64,000 nt of DNA from Wolbachia endosymbiont of Tyrophagus putrescentiae. Its GTDB lineage: Bacteria > Pseudomonadota > Alphaproteobacteria > Rickettsiales > Anaplasmataceae. Both the position numbers and the translations under genes were made by a program. Shown one piece after another: positions 38,769 through 47,988 of the stretch. The notes beneath the pieces were generated by a model. The model made no database searches. It had not been told where the DNA came from and worked only from the letters and a program-made list of their open reading frames with translations. The stretch spans positions 119,467-183,466 of the forward strand of contig JAUEMM010000001.1 of NCBI GenBank assembly GCA_030441635.1, written 5' to 3'. Every line of letters begins with the position of its first letter. Position 1 is the stretch's first letter.

Positions 38769-39759
38769 TTATACAGTAATTACTCTTGAGTAACTTGTTT
38801 GATCAGTAAAATTGGAGTTTACTATAAGATTAACTAGGTGTTTTCTAACAAGATCTGCTTCACAGTAAATTGGGCTATATCCTTTAACATGTGCTTTATT
38901 TTTTAATTGATTCTCAACTATTTTTTTATCTTGCAAGAACGCGATTTGAAAAAATGGCCATGCAATAATGTATTTCAAAAATCCAGGTAAAATAGTCCTT
39001 TTAGGAAAGTAAAAGAGAACATGAATATTATGTAAATTTGTAGTAGTTGGTGTCAAATAAGCTCTAATCTTAAGACTCAAACCATTTTTACTGTAGTAGT
39101 TAATCTCTGCGATGCTAGGCATTTGAAACAAGGAGTCACTTTGAAATCTTTCTTTTTCAAACGATTTAGATATAACTCCAAATTGCTTATTTTCTCCGGT
39201 GTAATGAATGGTTACACAACGATCAAAACATTTAACTTGAGCATAAATTTTTTGTGCTTTTTTTGGACTACGTATCAGGTATTTATGAATAAAGGGAGTA
39301 TGAGTAGCATCAAGAAAATTCTCTAATATATCAATTAGATCACCATTTACTTTCCTTGTCCAATAGTAATGATGGCAGGAATCTAAGTCTGGTATACCAT
39401 ATAATGGATATGGATTACTGTTTAGACTTACAAAAACGTATCCCTTATATTCCTCAACAAATACCTTTTTGAGACAAAATCTAGGAGCATTTTCTAAAGC
39501 AGGTATATTTTTACATACTCCTTCAAAATTGAATTCCCAACCATGATAGCAACACTTAATGTAATCACTGGTTAGCCTTCCATTTGAAAGGGGCACTCCG
39601 CGGTGTGGACAATAGTCGATAAATCCCCTCAATATTCCTATTATTATCTCTAAAGATAATAATAGGAATATTTAAAATAAAAAATTTTTGCAATTTGTAT
39701 TTTATGTCTTTCGATCGACTTACTAAGTAGCAATAACTTTTTAGATGTTCTATATTCAT
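38769..39759 (-). pseudogene. Rieske [2Fe-2S] non-heme iron oxygenase, frameshifted
   Basis: Rieske motifs CPHRG (about 39597-39611) and CCYHGW (39541-39558). The N-terminal 60 codons (39759 downward, ...IIIFRDNNRNIE) are in a different frame and join near the C4 run at 39625-39628. Confidence 0.7.
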
Positions 39760-40913
39760 AACTTAAAATACTTCATAATGGGAACTCCAATGTAAATTAG
39801 TATATTGCCTAATAACTTCCATGTTAATTTTTGCAATCTATTATTTAGATGATTTGTATAGACGGCACTATATTCGATAAATGGTACACCACCACGTAAA
39901 ATTTTGAATAGTGATGCACCAGAGCTAAGGTTCAATACCATACCTTTACGTTGCGCTCTATTAATACAGTAAGCCATCAATATTCTATACAACCCTAGTT
40001 TTTGTGATAAATCTGTATCATACCCAACAATTGGTGCTGTTGTAGTATTATTTCTATCATAGCAACCAATTATAGCATCTAAAACACCCTCTTTATTACG
40101 TAAACCGAAATATTCAATGAATGATGTCTTATGTGAGTATTCTATGTATTGAGCATTAAAAATAGGATTATATGTTGAATATTTATCGATATATAATTTT
40201 TTGTATAAATGTTCTATTTGTTTGTAGTCACTGTGCATTATATCTGCATTGTAACACAAAGTATAATCTCTTATATTATTTAAAAGCTTTAGGTCAATCT
40301 GATAATTTTTTTGTTTTGTATAGTCTTTAAGACTTTGATCAAATATATAGACTTGTCTACTTGGAACTAGCTTACAGCCAATATTTTTCAAAACTTGTAT
40401 TAAGTCCTTATTAGTGTGAAAATTTAGGGACCTAAATATAATAGTATGCTCAGGAAATTCTTTTATAAGGCCTTGTAAATATTGTCTTAGTTCACCTTCC
40501 TTCCATGTTGTATTAAAGTATAAATTTGTAGAAAGTAAAAAATTATTATTGGAAACAACACGATCTATATGCACTTTCTTTAATAAATTATCCAAACTGC
40601 TAATGAGCATTAGTAGTATTTTTTGAATCAATAGATTATTTATTTTCTTCAATTCCTGTTTAGCATAAGATATAAAAGCAGTATACATAGAACATACATA
40701 AGATGTGTTATAAGCAATCTCATTAACTGTTACAGATAGTATACTCCCATCAACAACAGCAGCCCTTATTTCAGTTTGAACATTATCAATTAATAAGAAT
40801 GGTATTTTTAGTGCTTGCAACATCATATAATGAGCAAGTTCGGTTTTTTCTTTAAGAACAGCTTCAGAGCTAATATCATCAAGATTCAGTAATTTCATGC
40901 CCATCCCACTCAA
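39756..40913 (-). CDS. hypothetical protein, possibly GNAT/FemAB-like acyltransferase fold
   Basis: 385 aa. The C-terminal segment GLYRILMAYCINRAQRKGMVLNLSSGASLFKILRGGVPFIEY resembles CelD/FemAB-type GNAT proteins (weak, by eye). There is an ATGA overlap with the Rieske gene. Confidence 0.4.
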   Translation of the reverse strand: MSGMGMKLLNLDDISSEAVLKEKTELAHYMMLQALKIPFLLIDNVQTEIRAAVVDGSILSVTVNEIAYNTSYVCSMYTAFISYAKQELKKINNLLIQKILLMLISSLDNLLKKVHIDRVVSNNNFLLSTNLYFNTTWKEGELRQYLQGLIKEFPEHTIIFRSLNFHTNKDLIQVLKNIGCKLVPSRQVYIFDQSLKDYTKQKNYQIDLKLLNNIRDYTLCYNADIMHSDYKQIEHLYKKLYIDKYSTYNPIFNAQYIEYSHKTSFIEYFGLRNKEGVLDAIIGCYDRNNTTTAPIVGYDTDLSQKLGLYRILMAYCINRAQRKGMVLNLSSGASLFKILRGGVPFIEYSAVYTNHLNNRLQKLTWKLLGNILIYIGVPIMKYFKL

Positions 40914-42024
40914 TATCTTGTGTTGCTGCCTTTTTAAGGTTAAATCTTGTAGAAAAGCTCCTGATTAGAATTTCGAAAAAACTAATAAATTGTAGGTAAT
41001 GTAACTTTTTTTCACTATAAATGTCTAGTGCGTTTTTATAATCTTTAATGAATTGTTTTACACCAAAACCTTTAATGTGATTAGCAGAATACAACCACAT
41101 ACCAAATTTCACTTGATAAGGTTTATTATGTGTTACATACTTTGACTCTTTTGGTTTTGTAATTAACTCTAATATGTTTAATTCAGGTATTAAGTACAGC
41201 CCACTCGTTCCTCTTGGATTACATTCAATTGGGTAAATATGTCCATAATCATCAGCGATAAAATCAAAAGCTATTTGCCCTGTAAAGCTGAATTTTCTTG
41301 CGGTACTTTTTACAAAATCAATAATTTCTTGGTTATATTCAGGTTGAAAATATATTCCAGCTCCTAAACCAGCTTTATATTTTGGATGGTAGCAAGAGTG
41401 TACAATAATTTTACCATTTATAGATAGGCTATAGGAGCATAACTCCCTACCGGAAATTTTTTGTTGAGCAACAACAGGATATCTTATTGCAGTTCTAATT
41501 TTGGAAATGTCTAATATTGTTTCTGACCCAAAACGACTAAACACCGGCTTTAGGATATAGTCGTTAGTATCATGTTTTGTTTTCCAATGTAAAAACTCGT
41601 CCTGAGAATTAATAAGATATGTTTTTGGCTTATGTATACCAGTATCATCAACAAGATTTTTGATAAATAAAAATTTGTTATGCAGCAATGATAGTTTTTC
41701 AAATTCATCTGTAAATAAATGAGTTGTAGTAGGTAGAAAATGTTTTAGCTTAGATAAGTAAAATATTTCTTCACATGTTGGAATAATTAAGTTTATTCCT
41801 TCTTTTACAACTATTGATAATATGTCTTCTATGAATAGTCTAGGAGACTGCATTGGTGATCTGATATAGTAGTATCGCTCTATAGTATTAGTAAACCTAC
41901 CTATTGGTAAGCGCATGCTATCAGCCATAATAATCTTTACGCTCGACCTACTGAATTTTAATCTATAAGCCCATTCAATTGCAATCGGAGCCCGAGCACC
42001 GGTAATTAAAATATTCATCTGCAA
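40879..42024 (-). CDS. ATP-grasp enzyme
   Basis: 381 aa. N-terminal NILITGARAPIAIEWAYRL, central KPVFSRFG, and IECNPRGTSGLYL (the E-x-N-P-R ATP-grasp catalytic loop). Confidence 0.75.
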   Translation of the reverse strand: MQMNILITGARAPIAIEWAYRLKFSRSSVKIIMADSMRLPIGRFTNTIERYYYIRSPMQSPRLFIEDILSIVVKEGINLIIPTCEEIFYLSKLKHFLPTTTHLFTDEFEKLSLLHNKFLFIKNLVDDTGIHKPKTYLINSQDEFLHWKTKHDTNDYILKPVFSRFGSETILDISKIRTAIRYPVVAQQKISGRELCSYSLSINGKIIVHSCYHPKYKAGLGAGIYFQPEYNQEIIDFVKSTARKFSFTGQIAFDFIADDYGHIYPIECNPRGTSGLYLIPELNILELITKPKESKYVTHNKPYQVKFGMWLYSANHIKGFGVKQFIKDYKNALDIYSEKKLHYLQFISFFEILIRSFSTRFNLKKAATQDIEWDGHEITES

Positions 42025-43337
42025 TCCTCAATATTAAAGTTTCTCCTTATCCTTCTGTACTTCTGCCTAAGATCAATGGAATTCAATTTGAGAAAGGTGA
42101 TATTCGGATAATCAAGCTGTAATAGATCACATAAATTCCGTATGTCCTGATTTATATATCCTTTTGCATCTTCTGACAGTGGAGCCATCTTAATCCACAA
42201 TTGATCATGACTGTTTTGCTCTATTCTATAGTCACTTACAGCACTTTGCTTGCAAAATATGTTACGAACTGAGTCAGCAAATATAGGTATTAACTCGCCA
42301 CTATTACGTTTCTTTAGATATAAAACATCATCACAACGTCCTTCTATTCTGTCTAAAATTGTGAATGGAGTATCATTTTTCTCATCTGACAGAACTAGAA
42401 CATCATCTAAGCGGTAACGTACTATAGGTTGGGAAGTTCGTGTAAAGTCTGTTATAATTGGAATAAAGCGATTTTCACCAACTAATTCTTTCTCAATAAA
42501 TACGTATTCCTCATTCATAATAATACCATCGTGGTATGGGGAACTTATTCCTAAGAACCCTTCTGTACATTGATAAATTTGAAAGATTTTTTGATTAAAG
42601 AAAGCACTCAATTTTGTTTCAACATCAGGATCTAGTACTTCTGATACAGAAAAAATCTAACAGGATTAACTTGATGGCTTTTTATGCTGCCGATAAGGAG
42701 GGTTAAAACACAAGCTGGAGCAACTAAAATAGTTGGTTGATATTTACATAATTCTGAAGCTATATAATCTATACCACTTGTAACGTCTATAAATTTAAAA
42801 TTTATGATTTTTGAACTTAAGTTCTGATATAAAGTACTGTCATTTCTAAAACAGAAAGCAATTCTATGCTTTTGTAATTGTAGTCCTTTTTAATGCCTTG
42901 CTTAACATGATTCCAGACCATAAATCACACTCACTTTGAGAAACAAGAAAGATCCCTGTTTTGCCAGAAGTACCTGAAGATAAGCCAACAGTTATATTAT
43001 TATAGTTAAGATTATATAGGCGTTTTTCATAGCAAGTGTGTGCAAAATTCAGTAATTCTTGACTTTTAAGTCCTAGCGTATTTATTGATGATATATTTTC
43101 CATCATAGATATCTTGTCCATTACAGGAAAATCCTCTAATAGTCTACCGTTTTATGCACTATAAAACGGTGAATGACTACACAACCACTTTAAAAACTTA
43201 CTCAACTTTAGCTTTTGATAAGTTTCCAATTTGGCTCTACTATTAAGTGAGTAGGTAAGATAGCGATCTTGTAAAAAAGCCTTTATTATGGTTAACTTAC
43301 TCATAAATCCACCATTTTCAAGTATGTTTCTAAGCAA
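42015..43337 (-). pseudogene. F390-synthetase/PaaK-like adenylate-forming enzyme, disrupted at three or more sites
   Basis: Fragments: N-terminal ...YQKLKLSKFLKWLCSHSPFYSA, then an in-frame TAA at 43152-43154. Next NGRLLEDFPVMDK...GLSSGTSGKTGIFLVS (AMP-binding Ser/Thr/Gly loop), ending in TAG at 42864-42866. A middle piece follows in another frame. A further shift at the A6 run 42650-42655 leads into QIYQCTEGFLG...PIVRYRLDDVL... Confidence 0.7.
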
Positions 43338-44149
43338 TGAGACGGTATTATTTTAATATTAGGATAAAGTTTATGCAGAGTACGCAATTTACTTAATGTT
43401 GCACTGTACTCTGAATGATTGTGGTGTAGTATTTTTGTTATCCAATGCGGTAGAGTGTTACTCACATATGCTTTTTTTATCCAACAGGAATCCCCTACTA
43501 AAAATTTGTGTGTATCATTACAATATAAACCAAAATGTCCAATTGCATGACTAGGTAATGGTACAGCTAATAGTGTCTCATCTCCTAATATGTCATATGC
43601 AATATTAAATAAATATGGACCTGGAGTTTGCTTTTTGCATTCAATAAAATTGAGTTTTCTATATTTGAATTTTGCAACTAAGTATGGTAAAATTCCCTTA
43701 ATTATCCCCTTAAAACCTGTAGCTTTTTTTGCAAATTCATATGCCTCACGTGAACAAATAATCTCAGCATTTGGAAAGTCATCTATAGCTGAAATATGAT
43801 CTGCGTGAAAATGAGAAACAAAAATATATTTTATACTTAAAGGATCTATTCCATCTACGAGTAGGGATTCTCTCAAAGTGAGAGGAATATGCACAGGAGT
43901 CAATAGTTTGTATAATGCATATGGAAATTTCTTTGTTGCATTAAAAAATTCTTGACTATAACCAACATCAAAAAGAATGTGCCCAAACTTGTTATGATGA
44001 AGAAGAGCACAAATCATTGAAAATTCTTTTAACCGAAGTGAACCGTTTTTTATTACTGTATACTCAGGGTGTCTACAGTACCCAGCTCGATAGAGTTTAA
44101 ATCTAACCATGCGAAAACCATTTTGCAAATCTATTAATACCTTCTTCAA
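43301..44149 (-). CDS. MBL-fold metallo-hydrolase
   Basis: HxHxDH motif (SHFHADHISA), plus downstream His and Asp residues (PSHAIGHFG, VGDSCW, PSHC). Confidence 0.8.
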   Translation of the reverse strand: MKKVLIDLQNGFRMVRFKLYRAGYCRHPEYTVIKNGSLRLKEFSMICALLHHNKFGHILFDVGYSQEFFNATKKFPYALYKLLTPVHIPLTLRESLLVDGIDPLSIKYIFVSHFHADHISAIDDFPNAEIICSREAYEFAKKATGFKGIIKGILPYLVAKFKYRKLNFIECKKQTPGPYLFNIAYDILGDETLLAVPLPSHAIGHFGLYCNDTHKFLVGDSCWIKKAYVSNTLPHWITKILHHNHSEYSATLSKLRTLHKLYPNIKIIPSHCLETYLKMVDL

Positions 44150-45095
44150 TAGATACTGAAGGTTTAAATTTCAAAAGAGTTTGTGCATTATGTATATTCA
44201 AAGTTTGAGAATAAGACAATAATCCCAGTGTATAAGAAGTAATAGGTGGTTCAAATGCATAATTTGTTAATTTGCTAGTAAGTTCCATTATTGCTGTTAC
44301 TGATTTTAAAAGTGAATACTTTACTTTAATTAAGCGTACTTTGACCTTCAAAGCATCAAATAGAATGTCCAAAATATTTTGTATTTTTAGTGGCTGATTG
44401 TTTGTAATATTGAATATCTGTCCTGACACTGTTTCAATATTAGAAAGTGACAACATAATTGCATCCACCACATTTTCTACATATGTAATATCCACAATAG
44501 GGTCTCCATTTCTTATTAGTGGAAAATATCCTCTAGAAGCTATGCGTGACACACGAGGAATAAATTCCTTATCATATGGACCAAAAATACCTCTTGGTCT
44601 TAAAATTACAGACTTTATCATATTACTGGCGCCTATTACTAGGTCTTCTGCAAGCTTTTTTGTTTCAGTATAAAAGCTTGCAAATTGATTTGATAGAGGA
44701 TCATTTTCCGAAATATTCAACCGATCTCTAAAATCAAAGTAAACACTAGGAGTGGATATATGAATCAAAGGACAGTCCTTTTTATAAGCGAGTTCAATAA
44801 CATTTTTAGTACCAACTACATTTGTTATGTAAAAATCTAAATATTTTCCCCAAGGCTTAGAAAGCGCAGCACAATGAATAATAGCTAAACATGTCCCTAG
44901 TGATTTCTCAATATGAATTTCATTTCGTATATCAGTAGATATAAAAGTTGCCCCTTGAAACTGCAGTTGCTTTCCTATGTTCTGATTTCTTCCAATTGCA
45001 ACAACATGATTACCAACACTCAGAAGATATTCTACAAGATTCCTTCCAAGTCCTCCAGTTGCTCCAGTAACTAAGATATATGGTTTAGTATTCAA
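44103..45095 (-). CDS. NAD(P)-dependent epimerase/dehydratase (extended SDR, 3-beta-HSD-like)
   Basis: VTGATGGLGRNLV Rossmann motif and YTETK (YxxxK) catalytic motif, 330 aa. Confidence 0.85.
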   Translation of the reverse strand: MNTKPYILVTGATGGLGRNLVEYLLSVGNHVVAIGRNQNIGKQLQFQGATFISTDIRNEIHIEKSLGTCLAIIHCAALSKPWGKYLDFYITNVVGTKNVIELAYKKDCPLIHISTPSVYFDFRDRLNISENDPLSNQFASFYTETKKLAEDLVIGASNMIKSVILRPRGIFGPYDKEFIPRVSRIASRGYFPLIRNGDPIVDITYVENVVDAIMLSLSNIETVSGQIFNITNNQPLKIQNILDILFDALKVKVRLIKVKYSLLKSVTAIMELTSKLTNYAFEPPITSYTLGLLSYSQTLNIHNAQTLLKFKPSVSIEEGINRFAKWFSHG

Positions 45096-46077
45096 GAATC
45101 AGCCCTCCCAATATCAATCCAGCAGCCGCTCCTAAAAATAAGATTTTATTCCCTTTTTGAAGTTGTTTATTATTAGTCAACTCATATAATGCATTTGGTA
45201 CTGAAGCTGCTACCTGATTACCGTAATTTTCAATAATGCATATTACTTTATCTTGCTTAATACCAAGATGCTTTTGTATGTGTTTTATACCGTGGTAGCT
45301 TGCTTGATGAGGAATTACAAAATTAATGTCCTGAAGTGATACGTTAGCCTTTTTGAGCAATAATTCTAAGAAATTATTAAAGTATTTAGCTGCAGTCTTA
45401 AATATTTTTGGGCCATCCATTTCGAAGTAAAAGGAGGTAATACCAGGTGATTATCCAGTTCTACTAGGGTGGGTTAAGGTTCCACAACCACGACATTGAC
45501 TATGATTTCCACCATCAGGAAATGTCTGAAATAAAGATGCAATAACTGATGAAGATGAACTCTGTGATGCACTTAGAATAACTGCCACCGCACCATCACC
45601 AAATAAGTTAAAAGTTGAATGATTATTTTTAGTTATTCCTAGAGACGGTAATTCACTACAAAATATTAAAATGTTTTCATAATTTTTTACTTTAAATAGA
45701 CAATCCGCGATTTCTAATGCTTTTAAAAAACCTAAGCAAGTACAGTCTACATCAAAGCAGTCTTGACCACTAGTTTGGTAATAAGATAGTAGCAATGATG
45801 CAGTACACGGTAAAATCTGTGGAACCAAGCTTCCTCCATTGATAATACAGTCAATATTTTCTATGCTTAAGTTTGCTTTAAGTAGTGCATCATCAATCGC
45901 ATCTTTTGCCATACTAAGTGTTGTTTCATTTATCGGCTCAGCCCAATATCTAGATTTTATATGTGAATTTCTCTCTGTATAGCCAGCAGGAAGATTGCAT
46001 AATTCATCGATCTTATCAGAAGTAACTTTGTTTTTTGGAATGCAGCGTCCTATTGAATTTATAGAAAAATGTTTCAT
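45085..46077 (-). pseudogene. KAS III (FabH)-like condensing enzyme with a single in-frame TAA
   Basis: The Cys-His-Asn triad context is present (DCTCLGFL; VIPHQAS; YGNQVAASV). The N-terminal 208 codons and C-terminal 111 codons are in the same frame, separated by TAA at 45451-45453 plus 10 sense codons (SPGITSFYFE). Confidence 0.8.
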
Positions 46078-46282
46078 ATTTTCATTTTAGTCTAAGTCAA
46101 ATATACTTTAATGCTAATACTATATTTTACATTATTAAAATAATTAAGCAAGGAAGGTGAATAATCAAAGAGAAAGGATTGTGAAGATGGGAGATTCCTG
46201 TGAGCAGCACTAGTAAAAAAATTCTTTATTTAGAAGCCAAATTTTCTAAAATTAAAAGAATTTTTCTTGCCCACTTTTAATT

Positions 46283-46383
46283 ATGTATGGCCTTTTTAAG
46301 CTTTTCATACTATTAAAAGTATGAGGAATATGGCCAATTTAACTCACATTTCATAATATTTGTGAGACCGAGTTTATTTAGTA
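46283..46383. repeat. copy A of a ~100-bp imperfect direct repeat in an ORF-free spacer
   Basis: Blocks shared with copy B: atRtatggYctttt, aatatggccaat, ttgtgaga, agttt(t)atYtagta. Confidence 0.6.
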
Positions 46384-46718
46384 AAGAGCGGGGAGCCACT
46401 TTTTCTTGTGAATTTGCCTATATCAAATTTAGCATAACCTTAAATCCATCTCCGGTGGCCAACTTTACCCACAATATATTTTAGTTGCGTAAGTAATTTA
46501 CTTTTCGCAAGCTATTAATAAATCTCTCCAAATCACGCTTTTATGGAAAGTATTCTCAATGTGATGCAAAGGAATTTTTCAACTGAGGTTTTGTGCTATA
46601 ATTTGTTCTTTAAAAAAACTTTAGCAAAGCAATGTCAATAAAAAACATTATGTTGACTGCTTTACTTTTTAGCTTCGTTTTTATTAAAATTTTCTAATTT
46701 TTTTATTCTCTCTTAAAC

Positions 46719-46818
46719 ATATATGGTCTTTTAACATTTTATACCACTTCCAATACGCGCTAATATGGCCAATGTCAGCTATTTTACATAACACTTGTGA
46801 GAAGAAGTTTTATCAGTA
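46719..46818. repeat. copy B of a ~100-bp imperfect direct repeat
   Basis: See copy A. The two copies are 436 bp apart, start to start. Confidence 0.6.
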
Positions 46819-46899
46819 TAGTAACCTCCACTAAAATAGCTAAGTCCATATTAAATCTTTACCATCACATTCTGAACCTAAGGTGTTGGTACTGCAAAA

Positions 46900-47982
46900 T
46901 CAATACTCGTGATCCCATATTTCCACTATATCATCTATTAAGTTTATAACTTCCGCTTTTTTAAATTTGTAACACTCATTAATAGACTGAATTCCAAGAT
47001 TACCTATAAAAGGTATAGAATCATTGCCTAGAATTTTACCACTCCGGCATATTACTAGTCTGTCAATCAACTTGTGTTTTAATAATTCTGTAATTAATAT
47101 GCCTCCTCCTTCTACCAACACTCTAGTTATTCCAATCTCTGAAATAAGCTTTTGCATCATGTCTTTTAAACAAACTTTACCATTTTTGTTTGAATTAACT
47201 GCTAAGTAGTTAATATTCTTTATTTCTTCCACTATTTCACTGTTTGTAATGACCCAGGTCTTTACTTTATCAGCAGTTTTTGCGATATTGTGTTCTTTTC
47301 TCAACTGTGCTTGGCCGTCTATAATAATCCTTATTGGTGACTTATCTTCAAGTCCAGGCAGTCGACAAGTTAAAAGTGGATCATCTTGAACAAGAGTGTT
47401 GCTTCCGATCATAATTGCATCATATTTAGTTCTTAATTTATGTACCCAGTTTCTCGTATCTTCACTTGTAATCCACTTGCTTTCATTTGTAAATGTTGCA
47501 ATTTTCCCATCCAGAGTTGAAGCAACCTTGCAAGTTATAAATGGTCTATGTGATTTTTTAGTTAGGAAAAAACCCACGTTTAGCTTTTCTGCTTCTTCTT
47601 GCATAATTCCATGTGTGATTTCAATTCCGGACTCCTTCAGTATCTCTATTCCTTTACCTGAGACTCTTTCATCGGGATCAGTAGTCGCGACTACTACTCT
47701 TTTTATTCCTGATTTTATAATTTCTGAAGTGCAAGGGCCTGTAACTCCATAATGACAGCACGGCTCAAGAGTTACATACATAGTTGCACCACAAGCTAAA
47801 TTCTGAGCGTTTTCCAGTGCAACTACCTCTGCATGCGGGCGTCCACCAACACCAGTACACCCCTCAGCAATTACCGCATTATTTTTTACAATGACGCAAC
47901 CAACAGCAGGATTAGGTGCTACATTTCCCAACGCATTTGCTGCAAGTTTTAATGCAATTGACATGAAGTAATAGTCAGACAT
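46900..47982 (-). CDS. ribD: bifunctional riboflavin biosynthesis deaminase/reductase
   Basis: N-terminal CMP/dCMP deaminase motifs (HAEVVAL, PCCHYGVTGPC) and C-terminal RibD reductase domain, 360 aa. Confidence 0.9.
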   Translation of the reverse strand: MSDYYFMSIALKLAANALGNVAPNPAVGCVIVKNNAVIAEGCTGVGGRPHAEVVALENAQNLACGATMYVTLEPCCHYGVTGPCTSEIIKSGIKRVVVATTDPDERVSGKGIEILKESGIEITHGIMQEEAEKLNVGFFLTKKSHRPFITCKVASTLDGKIATFTNESKWITSEDTRNWVHKLRTKYDAIMIGSNTLVQDDPLLTCRLPGLEDKSPIRIIIDGQAQLRKEHNIAKTADKVKTWVITNSEIVEEIKNINYLAVNSNKNGKVCLKDMMQKLISEIGITRVLVEGGGILITELLKHKLIDRLVICRSGKILGNDSIPFIGNLGIQSINECYKFKKAEVINLIDDIVEIWDHEY

Positions 47983-47988
47983 TTAAAA

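Noticed and set aside
46464-46471. ttacccac, identical to the 3' end of tRNA-Val(GAC), as a possible attR at the far end of the island
   Set aside because: This is only an 8-nt exact match, and the flanking bases do not extend the similarity convincingly. A match of this length is expected by chance in a 64-kb window.
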